43,787 nucleotides of DNA from Perkinsus chesapeaki ATCC PRA-425 (Eukaryota > Protista > Perkinsozoa), in the NCBI GenBank assembly GCA_013115145.1, contig JAAPAO010000279.1, positions 1-43,787 on the forward strand, read 5' to 3'. Within the stretch, counting starts at the first letter, position 1; every line of letters begins with the position of its first letter. Positions 12,432 through 24,650 of the stretch are shown here, one piece after another. The position numbers were made by a program, and so were the translations under genes. Below the pieces are notes generated by a model. It was not told the DNA's origin. It made no database searches and saw only the letters and a program-made list of their open reading frames with translations.

Positions 12432-13229
12432 ATGAAATCTATGCCTTTTACACAGTGTACCTCGGAACCATCACAATGCAGTATTGCAGTCCACCAAGAA
12501 TGGTCTCCAAGACCGTCGTCAGTTATACCACCCCCTTCGACGTCCTCGGTCGGTAAGGAAAGCTTTTACAAAACCAAACTGTGCGTGTTCCATGCTCTTC
12601 AAGGCCACTGCATTCACGGCACTAATTGTACTTATGCCCATGGTGTTCACGACCTGGTTTCCGCTGATGGACTACTCCATTCGCCCCCACTCTTGCATGG
12701 CAGCATTGGTGGCTCGAATGTGGCATTACCTTATGCACACGAAGATACAAGACCCTCGCCGATCTATCATCTCGAGGAAACGCTTTTGCCTGCTGCTGCT
12801 GCTGCTGCTCGACGACAGAATCGGGGAATGTTTCCGAAGTCTGAGAAGGCCGCCAAAAATCCGAATGAGCGAAAGGGTTCATGGAGGTCCAGGGCCAAAT
12901 CAGGAAGGAGATGGACAGTGCCAGACCACCACACCCAAAGCGGCAGTGGTCTACCTGTTGAGGACCTGCTTATCGGTTCTCGAATGTATTCTGCTAGTGG
13001 AACAGAGAATGATACTAGTCAGCATCATCATACTCCTTATAATGATTATTGCGCATGTGATACTACTACCCGTAGTAGTAGTATCATTGGTCCTGTTGTT
13101 GCATCGGCTTGTGGTGAAGGTGGCCAAACTAGAGCTGATGGTAGCTCGTATTATTTTGAGGATATTAAAGTGACTCCTGAAGCTATTATTGAAGCCTTAA
13201 ACCTTATGAACACAAGGGGACTTCGATAA
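12432..13229 (+). CDS. Single CCCH zinc-finger protein (TIS11-type finger); start uncertain (ORF open from 12207)
   Basis: FYKTKL-CVFHALQGHCIHGTNCTYAH is C-x8-C-x5-C-x3-H with the YKTKL lead-in. The remainder is low complexity. ATG 12432 follows a pyrimidine tract plus AG. Confidence 0.8.
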   Translation: MKSMPFTQCTSEPSQCSIAVHQEWSPRPSSVIPPPSTSSVGKESFYKTKLCVFHALQGHCIHGTNCTYAHGVHDLVSADGLLHSPPLLHGSIGGSNVALPYAHEDTRPSPIYHLEETLLPAAAAAARRQNRGMFPKSEKAAKNPNERKGSWRSRAKSGRRWTVPDHHTQSGSGLPVEDLLIGSRMYSASGTENDTSQHHHTPYNDYCACDTTTRSSSIIGPVVASACGEGGQTRADGSSYYFEDIKVTPEAIIEALNLMNTRGLR

Positions 13230-13972
13230 TGAAGAGATGTCTCTATTATCATCTAACATTATTATTATGAAGTTGTCCTCCCACTATTACCATTGCGCTT
13301 AGCGCATCATGTATACTTGCAGCATTTATAGCAACAAGTACTTCGATAATTTTACCCCTTTTCACGGTAGAGGACGATTTAGGGTTATATCTTTCGCCCA
13401 TTATTCATATCGTTATCATCATAATTATACCGGTTATTCTTATTATTCTTTATTTACCAGAATGACATGCTTTAGCGTGAAGCCTTTCCGGTGCTGAAAA
13501 TTCTGGGTTATTTGTTCGTCCCTTGTATTATCGCTCATTCGCCCCCCTTAACTTGACTCCTAATATTATTATTCTCGTAAGCCATGGAATCAGTAAAAAG
13601 TAATCACTTAACATAAAGCAGGTCTGTCTATTATGCCTATCTGTTTAATGCTATGTGTAATTACGGTGATATTAAGATGATGATACACTGGGCGTTTATT
13701 ATCCAGAAGTCCTACCCTCCGGTCTTAAGTACAACATCATTGCATAAGTACAATGCTGTTCATATAGTAGATTGCTGATCATCTTATGGCTGTCCGCTAT
13801 CCGCTACGCTTATCGATGTTAAAAATCACAATTTCAGTTACCTACTACTACGCAGTGAAGCAACGCATTAACCTACTTATGTGCCTTGAGTTTATGGGAC
13901 CTCCTGAGAGTCCAATTTAACCTATTTTGTATCTTTCAGGGTTTATTCTTGTATTTCTGGTAAGTCACGGTG

Positions 13973-14674
13973 ATGGCCTCATCAGCAGGGACCCTGGAGA
14001 CAAACTTGCCTGTGAAGCAAAAGCTATGTGTTCATTACGGTCGCTATGGTCACTGCGTCTTTGGTCATCGATGTAGATATGCGCATAATATTAAGGAGTT
14101 GGCAAACCCTAATGCTCTGCTTGATCCTCCGGCGGTATCATCTACTATAGTTCAGTTGCCCTACTCTAACCTCACCACTTCTGTTGCCACTGGACGACGT
14201 CCCATTCCCAATCGTATGCGAAGGGCAACTTCATATGGTCTATCCTTTATTGTTGATGATGAAGAACAACTAAACCAGCTTAGTGATAAGCCAACTCGAG
14301 GAAATGATCAGTTATGGACATACGAACCAGCTGCCGCTGAACCTCTTTTATCTCCGCAACCGTCATTCGTCACCCCTCCTGCTACCATCGAGGACTTTTC
14401 TATGGAGACAATGTCTTTATTGGAGTATCCGAGACGGAATTATCAACTCGGTTTAGATCAGTTCTCCAGTAGCCGTACTATGCTTGAGGATTGTATACAA
14501 GAGAGGTTTACGGATACCCTAACTTTACAGAGCGGCGTGCCTAAGTATGAAGAGAATGATGATAGAAGCTGCATTCAATCATCACGCGTGATGTCTAGAA
14601 ATAGTAGTAGTAGTAGCAGTAGTGTAGAAGATATTTTGGCATTGCTTGAGCAGGCCAGGCGCCCAATACCTTAA
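13973..14674 (+). CDS. Single CCCH zinc-finger protein, second copy
   Basis: KQKL-CVHYGRYGHCVFGHRCRYAH is C-x8-C-x5-C-x3-H. Ser-rich tail. First ATG at 13973. Confidence 0.8.
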   Translation: MASSAGTLETNLPVKQKLCVHYGRYGHCVFGHRCRYAHNIKELANPNALLDPPAVSSTIVQLPYSNLTTSVATGRRPIPNRMRRATSYGLSFIVDDEEQLNQLSDKPTRGNDQLWTYEPAAAEPLLSPQPSFVTPPATIEDFSMETMSLLEYPRRNYQLGLDQFSSSRTMLEDCIQERFTDTLTLQSGVPKYEENDDRSCIQSSRVMSRNSSSSSSSVEDILALLEQARRPIP

Positions 14675-16301
14675 ATCGTTGTAATGATTATTTTATCAAT
14701 GTAATATTAATTAACTTATTCACCATTCGATAGGATGTTAATCATCATCATAACCATTGATGGTCATACCAGTTTTTATTGATATTGGGTATCTATCTAC
14801 TTACTCGGCAATTTTCCCACGTCGGTTACTAATCGGATTATCCCTCGGGCATTGGTAACAATCATACCGTTTATCATATACGCAATCATATTAACCATAC
14901 TCATTGCGTATTTCCTATTTGCCTTGTCGGCTTCGTTATCATTCCTATATTATAATACCGAACACGATTGGCGTTCGATGAGCACCTTGTCGTTAGTAAG
15001 GATCAGGTGTTAGTGTCGTTGTCGTATAACAACAACCCACCACCAGCGTCATCAGCAATAGTAGTAGCAGTAGCAGCAGCAGCACCCGTAACAACCTCGC
15101 GTAAGCCGCGTCTGCTGATTTGCCGTAGTATTATTGAATCCTGAAGTGAATCCTGAAAGGAACTGTCGACTTCAATTATACTGCGTCGCATCGTTATCTT
15201 ACCGTGCTTCCCTTTACGCTATCTTCACTTCACGGTAGTGTTATTATTGTTTTTATCTATATCCGACCATATCACCATCATGATCCTATTGCCGTACTTC
15301 TCATATATTGACCATTACCTTATTATTTCTACCATACCACTCCATTGTCCGTTGGAAAGTATCTTGTCTTTTTGTCGAGTTTTTAAATTGGAAACTCTTA
15401 ACTTACTTAATCCGCAGCGACGAGCCAAATGACAGTTCCACCGGGTGAATTGATGAACGCTAAGAATGAGGTCGATATGAGACTGGTAAGATGGTGGTTC
15501 TGGTAAGGTTCACTGTAAGGGTTCAACTACCTTGTAGGAGAATACTCAAGTCGATTTGGAGTATGCTGGCCTTTATCGTCACCAACGGTCCGCGCCTGCA
15601 ACAGCAGATAGCGGCAAGTAGGCCAACGCCGCCTATGTGACGCCATCTATTAAACTTTATTCTAATGTTCACACTACGTCTTACTACTTTCTTCTGTTTC
15701 CTACTGTAAGACAGATGATACTACCGGGTATTACTCAATGTGACTTTGCTTACTTCAAGCAAGCATACTGTTTTACCATTGAAGTAGCTCTATTCTCAGA
15801 AACGATGTATTTCCTAACTCGATAACGGCCTCCTCAAGGAGTGGCATTATACTCTTATTGGTGTATATCCTCCTCGATGCCAATAAGGCTGTTACGGTTT
15901 ATTGGAGTTATAGTGCACGAGACCCTCATGAAAGGTAACTACGATCCACACTTCCAATGTCCTATGTTATTCTGTAAGAGTTATAGCTCCTATTTGTTAT
16001 TTCTGCAATTTTCTAAAACACGTTGCTGAGGGTGATGAAGAGTAACCACGCCGGCATAAGTTTATTAACCCAGTCCGCATGCTAGCGAGTCGACTGCTAC
16101 CATTGCCCGATAAATGGTATCAGTGGGTTTATAGTCCAACGCCGAAGCTTTCTTGGACTATCCTTTCTATACGCCGGGACGGTTTCAATTTCGAACCGTT
16201 GAAACCTACACTGTCACGCTCACTGTACAAAAGATTGTGATGAAGGTGATTTCTTTTCCGAAAAGCTGCGACTGGAATTTCCATCACGGTGAGCGCCTTT
16301 C

Positions 16302-18308
16302 AGATACTCCGCGGGATCAATCGTAATGGCTGAGAACGCGTTATCCCTCGTCATTTCGACTGCCCTCTCCCTGATCTGCCTCGGTGGAAGGAAGTGTCTC
16401 TCTATGTGGTCACAGTCCTACTTCCTGCGTCTCCTGCCAAGCGCTCTATGTTTCACAATGGCCAGAGTAACCAACTAAAACCCCTTGAGATTGTCTATAA
16501 CGGGATGTCATTAGATATTGGGAATGCGCGCGTTGGAGTTCATCGATGCTGGAACATTGAAGGTTATGTCACAGGCGGTATTACCGACCAACGCCGTACT
16601 GTCGAGCCTCATACTAGGGACAAGGTGAGCTGGTAGAGGCTGATTCATGCTTTAACTGCCCCTCTTATTTGCCGGAGGGCACTGTACCGTACCTGAATGG
16701 CCTGAGTGACTGTGACCTAGTTGTTATGGGTTGTTATTCGCCAGTTATTGTCTAGTAGACAATTTCAACCACCTTACCAATGCGGCTGCACGGGGCACGT
16801 CCTCCTTCTATCGAAAGTATTCGAAAGACTACCGTCGAGTTGTCCGCTAATCACCGAATTAGTCAACCGGTTCAACACATACTGGTAGTCACTACTAGCA
16901 TGTGGTGAAGATGAAGCAATGAACGAGCTCACTTTACTGGGCAAACTGTGAGACTAAGGAGAATGCTGACTTGTGCAGTGAAGCTAGAATATTCGACTTC
17001 TGTGAACGTGACTCAGCTCTATCGCTCTGATCCTATTTATCGACATTAAGGGATTGCTGAGTCGCATGACTAGCATGTGAATAATGACATGCTAAATGCT
17101 GGATGCTCCGTTGTTGGTCAGTTTCCCATCTTAATGAGGCCTGATCTGAGATGGTTCAATAACTCAAATGATGACGCCTAGAACAGTGTTCTACGAATGT
17201 CGAAAACTCTATGACGCAGTGATCCCGTATTCGCTCTTGTAACGGCCATGTGAGCCGCTGCCGACGCAACGTTTCATACATGGGCCAAGGCTTCTTTCTG
17301 CCCCGTGCTACAGCAGCCTCCTGTCTCAAACGGACGAAGTTAGGTTAGGCCGAAATTGCGTGTAAATCCAAGCAGCTTGCCTGAGCCTATATGAATAGGC
17401 GAGTTACGCAACTCCTATAAGACGCTCGGGTCACCCGACTTGGGCGCCTAGTCGGCTGGGCTGCTCTGTAGAGGACGACGATCATGACGAAGGAGGCGTC
17501 ATACAGCACTTGCTACGTCAGTATGAGAGCAATGCCCCTGGAGGGGGGGCAAGTTTAAAGGTCCATATCGAGCAGATCCACCTTCGTGCTGGACCGGGCA
17601 TGGATTCCTCTTCGCCGCCCATGACTACCTGAGAGCCCGCTACCTCGAAAATCACTTTCCGTTCACATACGGCAGAGAAGTTCCCTAAGTAGGTACAGTA
17701 AATGGCAATGGCAATGCGTGGTGCTCATATTCCTAACGACAACCGCCTTCTACGAGATGAGAGTGTCTGAAGATCGCCGGCTCGATTCCATCAGTCGTGG
17801 TCTACCCTTATTTATACCCACGTTGATGTTTACTAGCATCGGAGCTGTCTACTCGGAGATGTGCATCAAAGCAGGCGGGTCGATGCCCTTCTACTATCAA
17901 AAGGTGGGCGCCTACGACCAGCGTCATCATTTCCTTCCTGCCTAAATCCATTCGTTCTCTCAGATGATGCTCTCCCTTGCCAGTTGCCTTTGTGTAGCAG
18001 TCTTTGCAGGATCGGCGTCTCTTACAAGTGCCCAGGGTGTGTCACAAGTGAACCCCTTCCACAATTGGGACATTCGTACCGTTATTGCACTACTGTCTTG
18101 GAGCCTCTCCAGCTGGACCGCGGGGATCGTCGTTAAACGGTTGTCTGTTGTTATCAAAAACACTGCACAGTGTGTGGCGATTCTCCTAACGTATTTTACA
18201 ACAAGTATCCTTTTACTTCATGACGTACCTTCCTTAGCTGCTATCCTTCTGGCGTGTGCGGTGCTGCAATCGTCTGTTTTGTACGTATCGTCTGTGTTGA
18301 TGAACTAA
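16302..18308 (+). CDS. Nucleotide-sugar transporter, SLC35A-like; multi-exon, 5' end not resolved (upstream of 16302)
   Basis: Spliced translation YSAGSIVMAENALSLV...LPSALCFTMAR|ILGMRALEFIDAGTLKVMSQAVLPTNAVLSSLILGTR|YSKWQWQCVVLIF...TSIGAVYSEMCIK...WTAGIVVKRLSVVIKNTAQCVAILL follows the SLC35A pattern (ALSNLDAATYQV...QW...GVYFEKILK...VVKYADNILK). Confidence 0.8.
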
Positions 18309-19060
18309 CCGCCCGCCACCGCCTCCACAACTGTCCGTTTCCATCACTGGTGTGGCGTTCGCGTAACAGTGCTGATGGAGTGACATTGTTCGTAGATGAC
18401 TCGCACCTGGTTGGTTTGCGGCGCACTGCTAGCACCGGCCGGCACGGTGCGAGTTCACCCTGGAGATTCGCTACCGTTGTGTGCGCTTCGAGACATGCGA
18501 GTCCATTCGTTGGTCAATAAAACCTTCCCCATCAATTGGGACATTCTTGTACGAGGCCCCGGCCTGTGCGCCAAACTATGTGCTGAGTAGGCGGATACCG
18601 GATGGCCCCCACGAGTAGCCGCCGGCCCTCAGATACGAGGACTCTTGTGCCTATTGGAGCATGGTTCCTCCACGGCCCCCAGCTTCTATTAATGATGATG
18701 AGACACCTGCATTGTGTATGATACACCTCATAACAGATGACATGGAAACACCTGTAAAACGTATGAAAATATTGACGAATATCAAAGCTCTGAACGCTTT
18801 GCATTGCATCGTCTTGCACCATGTCCTCTGTGAAATGCTGTATAGGCGGTAAACCATCGGTTGACGATAAAGCCACACTCGTGATATTGAGAGAAAACTC
18901 TCGAAGGTGTCTTTTCCATTTTCATGAACTCCGCCGGCTACAAAGGACTAGAAAAGTTGATGGTCAAATATTTTACTAGCGTAGTCTTCAAAAAGCAACA
19001 TGTGACTTTTACGGTGTACCACGAGGGCATCGTACAGCAGCGGTCAGTTGTTGGCATACC

Positions 19061-19831
19061 GTGATGAGAGAGGCTCTCGTAGATGTGATTAGCTTCCATT
19101 TTCAGGTTGTTTGGTGGACACATCATAACCCTGCAGAAGGCATTGCTAGCGGTCACCGTGGCTGCATTCATGAAGGCCCGAAGTGGCCTCAGTGCACTCG
19201 ACGTCATGACAGCACTATCGCCAATGTCGCGCCGCTCCTGATCGACGCATCAAGATTTAATATTGGAATGTCACCTCAATGTCGGGATGGTGATTGCACT
19301 TTAACCGATTCCATACCTACATCGACGTCTCAGTTATGTGCCGCTATCTGCCATTTCTCCTTACTATGTAGTCTCTGGGTGTTCAACCCCTCCACTGAAG
19401 TGTGCAATATCTTCAAGAACGTCACTAGTGGCGAAATCAACGTTGAAGATGGCATCTACGGTGATCCTTATTGTTATCAAGCTAGATTTGTGTACGGTAG
19501 CCATTACGGCAGTCACCTCGATGCTTCTCTAAGCTGTTGGTCTGAGGACTTCATGCTCCCTGAGGTCTGCTGCAGTGTACGTAATCACTACCGAGGCTAC
19601 TATGCGTGTTGGGATCACTCCGATGAGGCCGCCAACATCGAGCAGCATCGGACGTTTGAGCGCTGCTGTATGGCTATGGATTCGACTAGACGGTTCTATA
19701 ATCTCGGTGAGGCCGTTGAAGACTTCGCTTTTGACCACAGAGGAAACTGGATCAAGCATGAGGTGCCTTCTGATAGTCCTTATCATTATCTATCTCTTTT
19801 TGCGTTCAATCGCTCCAACTCGATGAAGTGA
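19061..19831 (+). CDS. PAN/apple-domain protein with a C-terminal CW-x-CC-x-CW-x-CC cysteine module; true start uncertain
   Basis: CTLTDSIPTSTSQLCAAICHFSLLCSLWVFNPSTEVCNIF...GIYGDPYC has PAN cysteine and aromatic spacing. It is followed by CWSEDFMLPEVCC...ACWDH...TFERCC. Confidence 0.7.
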   Translation: MMREALVDVISFHFQVVWWTHHNPAEGIASGHRGCIHEGPKWPQCTRRHDSTIANVAPLLIDASRFNIGMSPQCRDGDCTLTDSIPTSTSQLCAAICHFSLLCSLWVFNPSTEVCNIFKNVTSGEINVEDGIYGDPYCYQARFVYGSHYGSHLDASLSCWSEDFMLPEVCCSVRNHYRGYYACWDHSDEAANIEQHRTFERCCMAMDSTRRFYNLGEAVEDFAFDHRGNWIKHEVPSDSPYHYLSLFAFNRSNSMK

Positions 19832-19927
19832 AAGATTGAACTTTCAAAACACAACTTCATTCGAAGTGGCATAATATGAATTCATCATAACAACAAATGA
19901 GATACACTAATACTGTACAAAGCGCAA

Positions 19928-22900
19928 CTAGACGTCTACTTGGTAAGCTTTTTTCCGCTGCGTTGTGGCTCCCCAGGACATCCGGCTGGCGGGGCGAGTG
20001 GCAGCAGTGCTCGCTGTTGAAGCAGCAGATCGCATATCGTGTCGAAGTCTACCAGCTGTAGTTGGAGGAACTGCTCTTCGACTGTCCACCGCGGAGCCTC
20101 GGCAGCTGGAGCGAACCCTGGAGGCACTCCTAGATCGCGAAAGATACACCTCCGCTCGCTGCCCGCCGAACGGAATGCTACTGCGTGGACGGCGAGGAAC
20201 CTCTCCTCCCTGCTTTGATTGGCTGTCCACGAAGGCATGGCTCGGTTGGCGTTCTAAGAGAGTTCGCGCTGCCGAACACGATCGAGCTGCCATGGAGAGC
20301 TTCCTCCCTCGAGAGGAACAAGCAAGCTCTGCGAAGCTGCGGAAGCTGCGACGTGATGATGATAACTGTGATGGTCGATACCAATACTGAGAATCTATTT
20401 TGTTGAATTTAATGTTGAGGTTCTTCGCTGATTCACTCCCGCTCAAGTAGGCTGGGAGCACGCCGGGATGGTCCATGTCATGGGAATGATCTTGAGTGTA
20501 GTCTTTGATAACGTTGCCTGGTAGGAGTGACTTCGGTGTTCGCAAACCCTCCTCACCATCAGCCGGATTGCCTACTGACTGTGAGAATTCATACCGCAGT
20601 TGACTCACAGGCCGATCCACCACAGGGACACTATTCCGGGCCTCTCGGACTGCGCTCGGATTATTATTGTTCTGGTACAAGCAATGTGATCGGGCGGTGA
20701 ATATACGAGAAGACTCTTCACCTCCGACGAGCTCTTTCATAACGTTATGAGCATGCAGCGAGGTGCAGACATTGGTACCCAAATGCACCAAAGAGCTCGG
20801 TAATTGATAGCCATCACCAGCGGTAGATCCTAGAAAGTCACCGGACTCCTCCCAAATCTCTATACCGCTTCGGTCGCCTGCCCGCAGTACTACTAGGATT
20901 GGCGAACAAGTGAAGTGCAACATCGCTTCAATTGGAGGCCGCCTAGCCCTCTTTACTGAGAACCGACATTTTTCATGTAGGGTAGTCAAGGCGATGACGA
21001 CAGCATTACCCGCTTTGTTAGCGACGATCAGGCTGTGCCCCTCAGCATCACCAATGCGCTGAAGGAGCTGCTCATGCCGAGTCTCGTTGGAACAAGTGTT
21101 TTTGAATCGACGCTTTCCAGGACTCGTGCTGAACAGCGACTTATGCGCTGCGAGCTGGACAGCTTGCTTGCTCATTAAATGCTTTGTAGGAGCTCTTAAA
21201 GATGAGGTTAGCAAGAAATCAACATCACCATCGATTGCAGCAATCTCGTCGAGACCCGCGTCAACTTCAGATGCTCGCTCGCTCAAGAAGGTGAGATCTG
21301 CGTATGGAGCTAGATGGCAGATAGTTCGCGCATGCGACAGGTCTGCTACGTATGCATCCTGCTGGAGAGCAGGAGGCATTCCAGACAAACACCGCCAGAC
21401 CTGAACCCTCCCGGAGCTCATCAAAAGTGCCACTGATGACAGCTCGGCAATCCCACAATGCCCTACCATTTCACCAGTGTTTGAGATACTCGCCGATCGT
21501 ACAGTGCCGTCTGAGACATCAATTGAATAGATCCTTCTGTGAGTGCGGGACAAGGCAACTATCACACTGGAGAGAGCGACAAGAGAATGCAGCTCTGCGT
21601 CGAGTATGTCCAGCTCCCGAATCTCGCTGCTGCCTTGCACCTTATAGGCAACTGTGCCATTCGAGGAGCAGGCTGCGATAATTGGTCGATCGGTAGAGTC
21701 CGTGCATAAGGGACGGGATACCGATATGGCAGCAACAGGTTGATTGAGGCTACAAGGCTCGCCCATTGAGTTGAAATGCTCTAGTAGAGTCCCATCGGTT
21801 ATGTTATGTAATGTAACTTGCCCAGTGGAAGATCCGATAAAGAAGCTCTCATAGGTGGCCTCGTCAATTGCGAAAGCTGTAATGAATCCTCTGCCGATGT
21901 GCGGGAGAACCATCTCGTGGAGTAGCTTTCCATGAGCCACACTATACACAGATATCTTGCTGCTGCAGGCCACTAGTATTTCCCTATCAACATAGTTGAT
22001 CCCCATGCCTATAAAGCCCTCCTGTTTATCCCTCTGGCTGGAAGCCTCTGCCATCAGCCCCTTCACTTCATACTCCTCATCAGCGTCGTCCAAAAAATCC
22101 ATGAAATTGAGCCTTTTATCCCCCACCAATATCAGACGATCTGTGCCGTATGGGATAAGGCTATTATAGGCTGGCAATCGGGCTGGGCTAATGGTCTGGT
22201 ATGCCCTCCATGTCCGAATGTCCCATAACTTCATCGAACCCATTCGATCTGCAGTAACAAGCGTATCAGAATCCTCGATTGCCGCAACACCCACTAAGGA
22301 AGCCTGATGGCCCCCGAGTGTCGCAACAGCGCCGCCACTACTGTCAAGGGCTGTGGCTTGTGAACTATACACTTTGCAAATGCCATCATACTGTGCAGTA
22401 AAAATCAACCTGCGGTCCTCTTTATATGCCAGAGAGGCAACACCATGCGCATGCGGGCCGGTATAACCAGCAGGGTTCAAACGGGTAATAGTTCTCACCG
22501 TAGAGGCGTCCCATAAAAGAACTGTGCCATTGAGTGCAGAGGTTGCCAGACGATCGCGGCCGGCGTCGATGACTGTGGTTGTTGGGGCTTCCCGTCCCTC
22601 CTTGTAGGAATTGACAACTTTCATTGTTCCGATGCTCCTTCGTTCAAAATGATCCCAAACAGTAAGACAGTAAGTAGCATGGCCAGTAACAAGACCCTCG
22701 GATTTCCCCTCGACGCGTGCACATGTGACCCATCTGTTGCCAAGCTGCACTGAAGGCCACAAGCCTGTGGTGGCCAGGTTACCGCTCTTCATAACGGATT
22801 TCATACGACACTCGTTGACAGTGCCTCGCGTATCCCAGAAGCAAATCCTTTGGGATGAAAGGAGCGCCCCGGCTGTATAGTCGCCTGGACAATAACCTGA

Positions 22901-23862
22901 AAGACAGCAATGGGTTCCTGGTAGGATTTGAGATGATCATCAGGGTTATTATGGATAACGAAGAGAAATGAATGGATCGCAGAGATCGATAAGCTATGAA
23001 CGTACCGCAGCTCATTATAGTAGATTCGGTAAAGTCAGTTTGCTCATGCTTGAATGGTAGGCTCTTCCAGACTTCAATATTCTGTCAGAGATGTGAGTGC
23101 TTACAGTACAGGAGGTATCTTACATGCTCACCAAGCTTGAGCAGTCTCAACGCCGGCGGACTAGCGCCCGAGTCGGCCACTAGAACGAAATTAGTTTTCC
23201 CTATTTTCGCTAGGCAAGCGCCAGCTATCCCGCCAGGCCTGAACCATAGTCCCCACGCTGCGGGTAGCACAGTGATATCTACCCATGATTGAGGCTATCG
23301 ACTATGCCCTTGGTGAGCTTCGCTTTGAGCAATCTTTTCTTCCGCACTCGAATTTGGTCGCTCTGGTGCTCATCATTCGACGTGTTGTAGCGCGCAACAC
23401 AGTCAGTCCACCTAAAGTCAACATGCCATCTTTCCTATTTTCTTCCTTCCCTACCGTATGAGGCCTGTGCTATTTCTGTCGCACTGTCGAAAAAAAGATA
23501 TAATCATCTCGAGCAAGTTCGCCAGGGAAGGCCCGGCTTCTACGCGCCGGGCTGGGCTGTTGAGACCCAGTCTAGTCAAACAAAGTGCTAAGAACTGTAC
23601 AACACTGATGCCCATAGGGGTACTCGTCGACTTCATGGATGTGCCGAACCTGAAAAGGACGAGCTGAGCATGAGTTCGCCATGCGCCAGATTCGGTATGG
23701 CTTGCGAGGGCCGATGTCTCACTTCGTTTCATCTTGCGAAGCGATTATTGCAGCGTTGGCCAGTCCAATGGTATAAAAGCCTTCCTGCAACTTTGCCAGG
23801 CTCTCTTGGTCAAATAATGCAAAGAATTGTCTAGTAGACGGAGCATCAGCATTGAGTATCAT
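19928..23862 (-). CDS. EF-hand-like plus WD40-repeat protein (WDR49/EFCAB8-type architecture); short 5' exons plus a ~2.9 kb terminal exon
   Basis: WD repeats in 19928-22804 (LATSALNGTVLLWD; GHQASLVGV...LVTADRMGSMKLWDIR). Upstream exons give MILNADAPSTRQFFALFDQESLAKLQEGF and FFRQCDRNSTGLIR|WTD (EF-hand-like loop). Exon joins are only partly resolved. Confidence 0.75.
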
Positions 23863-24650
23863 TCTTAAAACTGTTGGAAGAAACCTCCAGCCGCCAAAAC
23901 GCAACGCAGCAGCGCAGAGGTCTACAGCCGTCCATGATGGCCGCGGGCACTGAGGGGCCATAACTTCAGCTGCATCTCACGGTCCTGTATAGATTCACGC
24001 TGTAAGACATCAAAGGTCCGACCTGAAAGTTTACGAAGATCCGAACTGTTTGGCGGTGCGAGGAGCATTTTGGATTCCGTCTATCTTCCAGTCTGACCCT
24101 TCCGCATTCTAATCTTAATGCACGTGTTGTCGTATTAGGCGCCTCTACTAGCATACACTTCGTACTTTCGAGAAAGTGTGTCACGAAAAAGTTGTTCCTT
24201 TTGGTGTCCACAAAAAACCCTATCAACAACCATAGAACTACTTAGTGTTGAGTAGCTACTGATAGTAGGCTACTTTACTATGAATCATGCTAAGCATTGA
24301 AATGCTTTACTTGTTTCTATCGGAATTTAAATTTCTTGCTGATGCCAAAAATCAGACCTCGGAATCATTTCACCGTTTCCCCAGGCACCTACTGGTGTAG
24401 CTTCCTGGTCTCCATGGTTGGGTTCCTTCAGGCTTTACCATTCTCCGTAAAGTGACCCCCCCAGTGCCTGTCCCCTGTCACCATAGTGCCTCACCGAACA
24501 ACACATACGAGCCTCACTTCCGGTACCGCAGTGTCCACAATCAGACAAGAGAAGTCTCGTCCGTAAGCTGATGGCGCCTTGAACGGCGGCCGCCGAGCAC
24601 AAGTGTCGAACTCCTGTCGCGGCCCTGTCATCTACACTTTCAACCTTTTC

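Noticed and set aside
14700-16050. Short ORFs and a possible mini-gene at ~15430-15640
   Set aside because: Mostly AT-rich low-complexity spacer; no homology recognised.
18320-18940. Overlapping ORFs such as 18532-18876 (-)
   Set aside because: No recognisable domain and several competing frames; left uncalled.
19936-21681. ORFs overlapping the WD40 exon on both strands
   Set aside because: Shadows of a GC-richer coding region; no independent motifs.
24400-24600. YGRDF...RLV and GTGTGG as a degenerate start of dynein AAA1
   Set aside because: The peptides lie in frames interrupted by stops and lack GKT; too weak to call a motor remnant.
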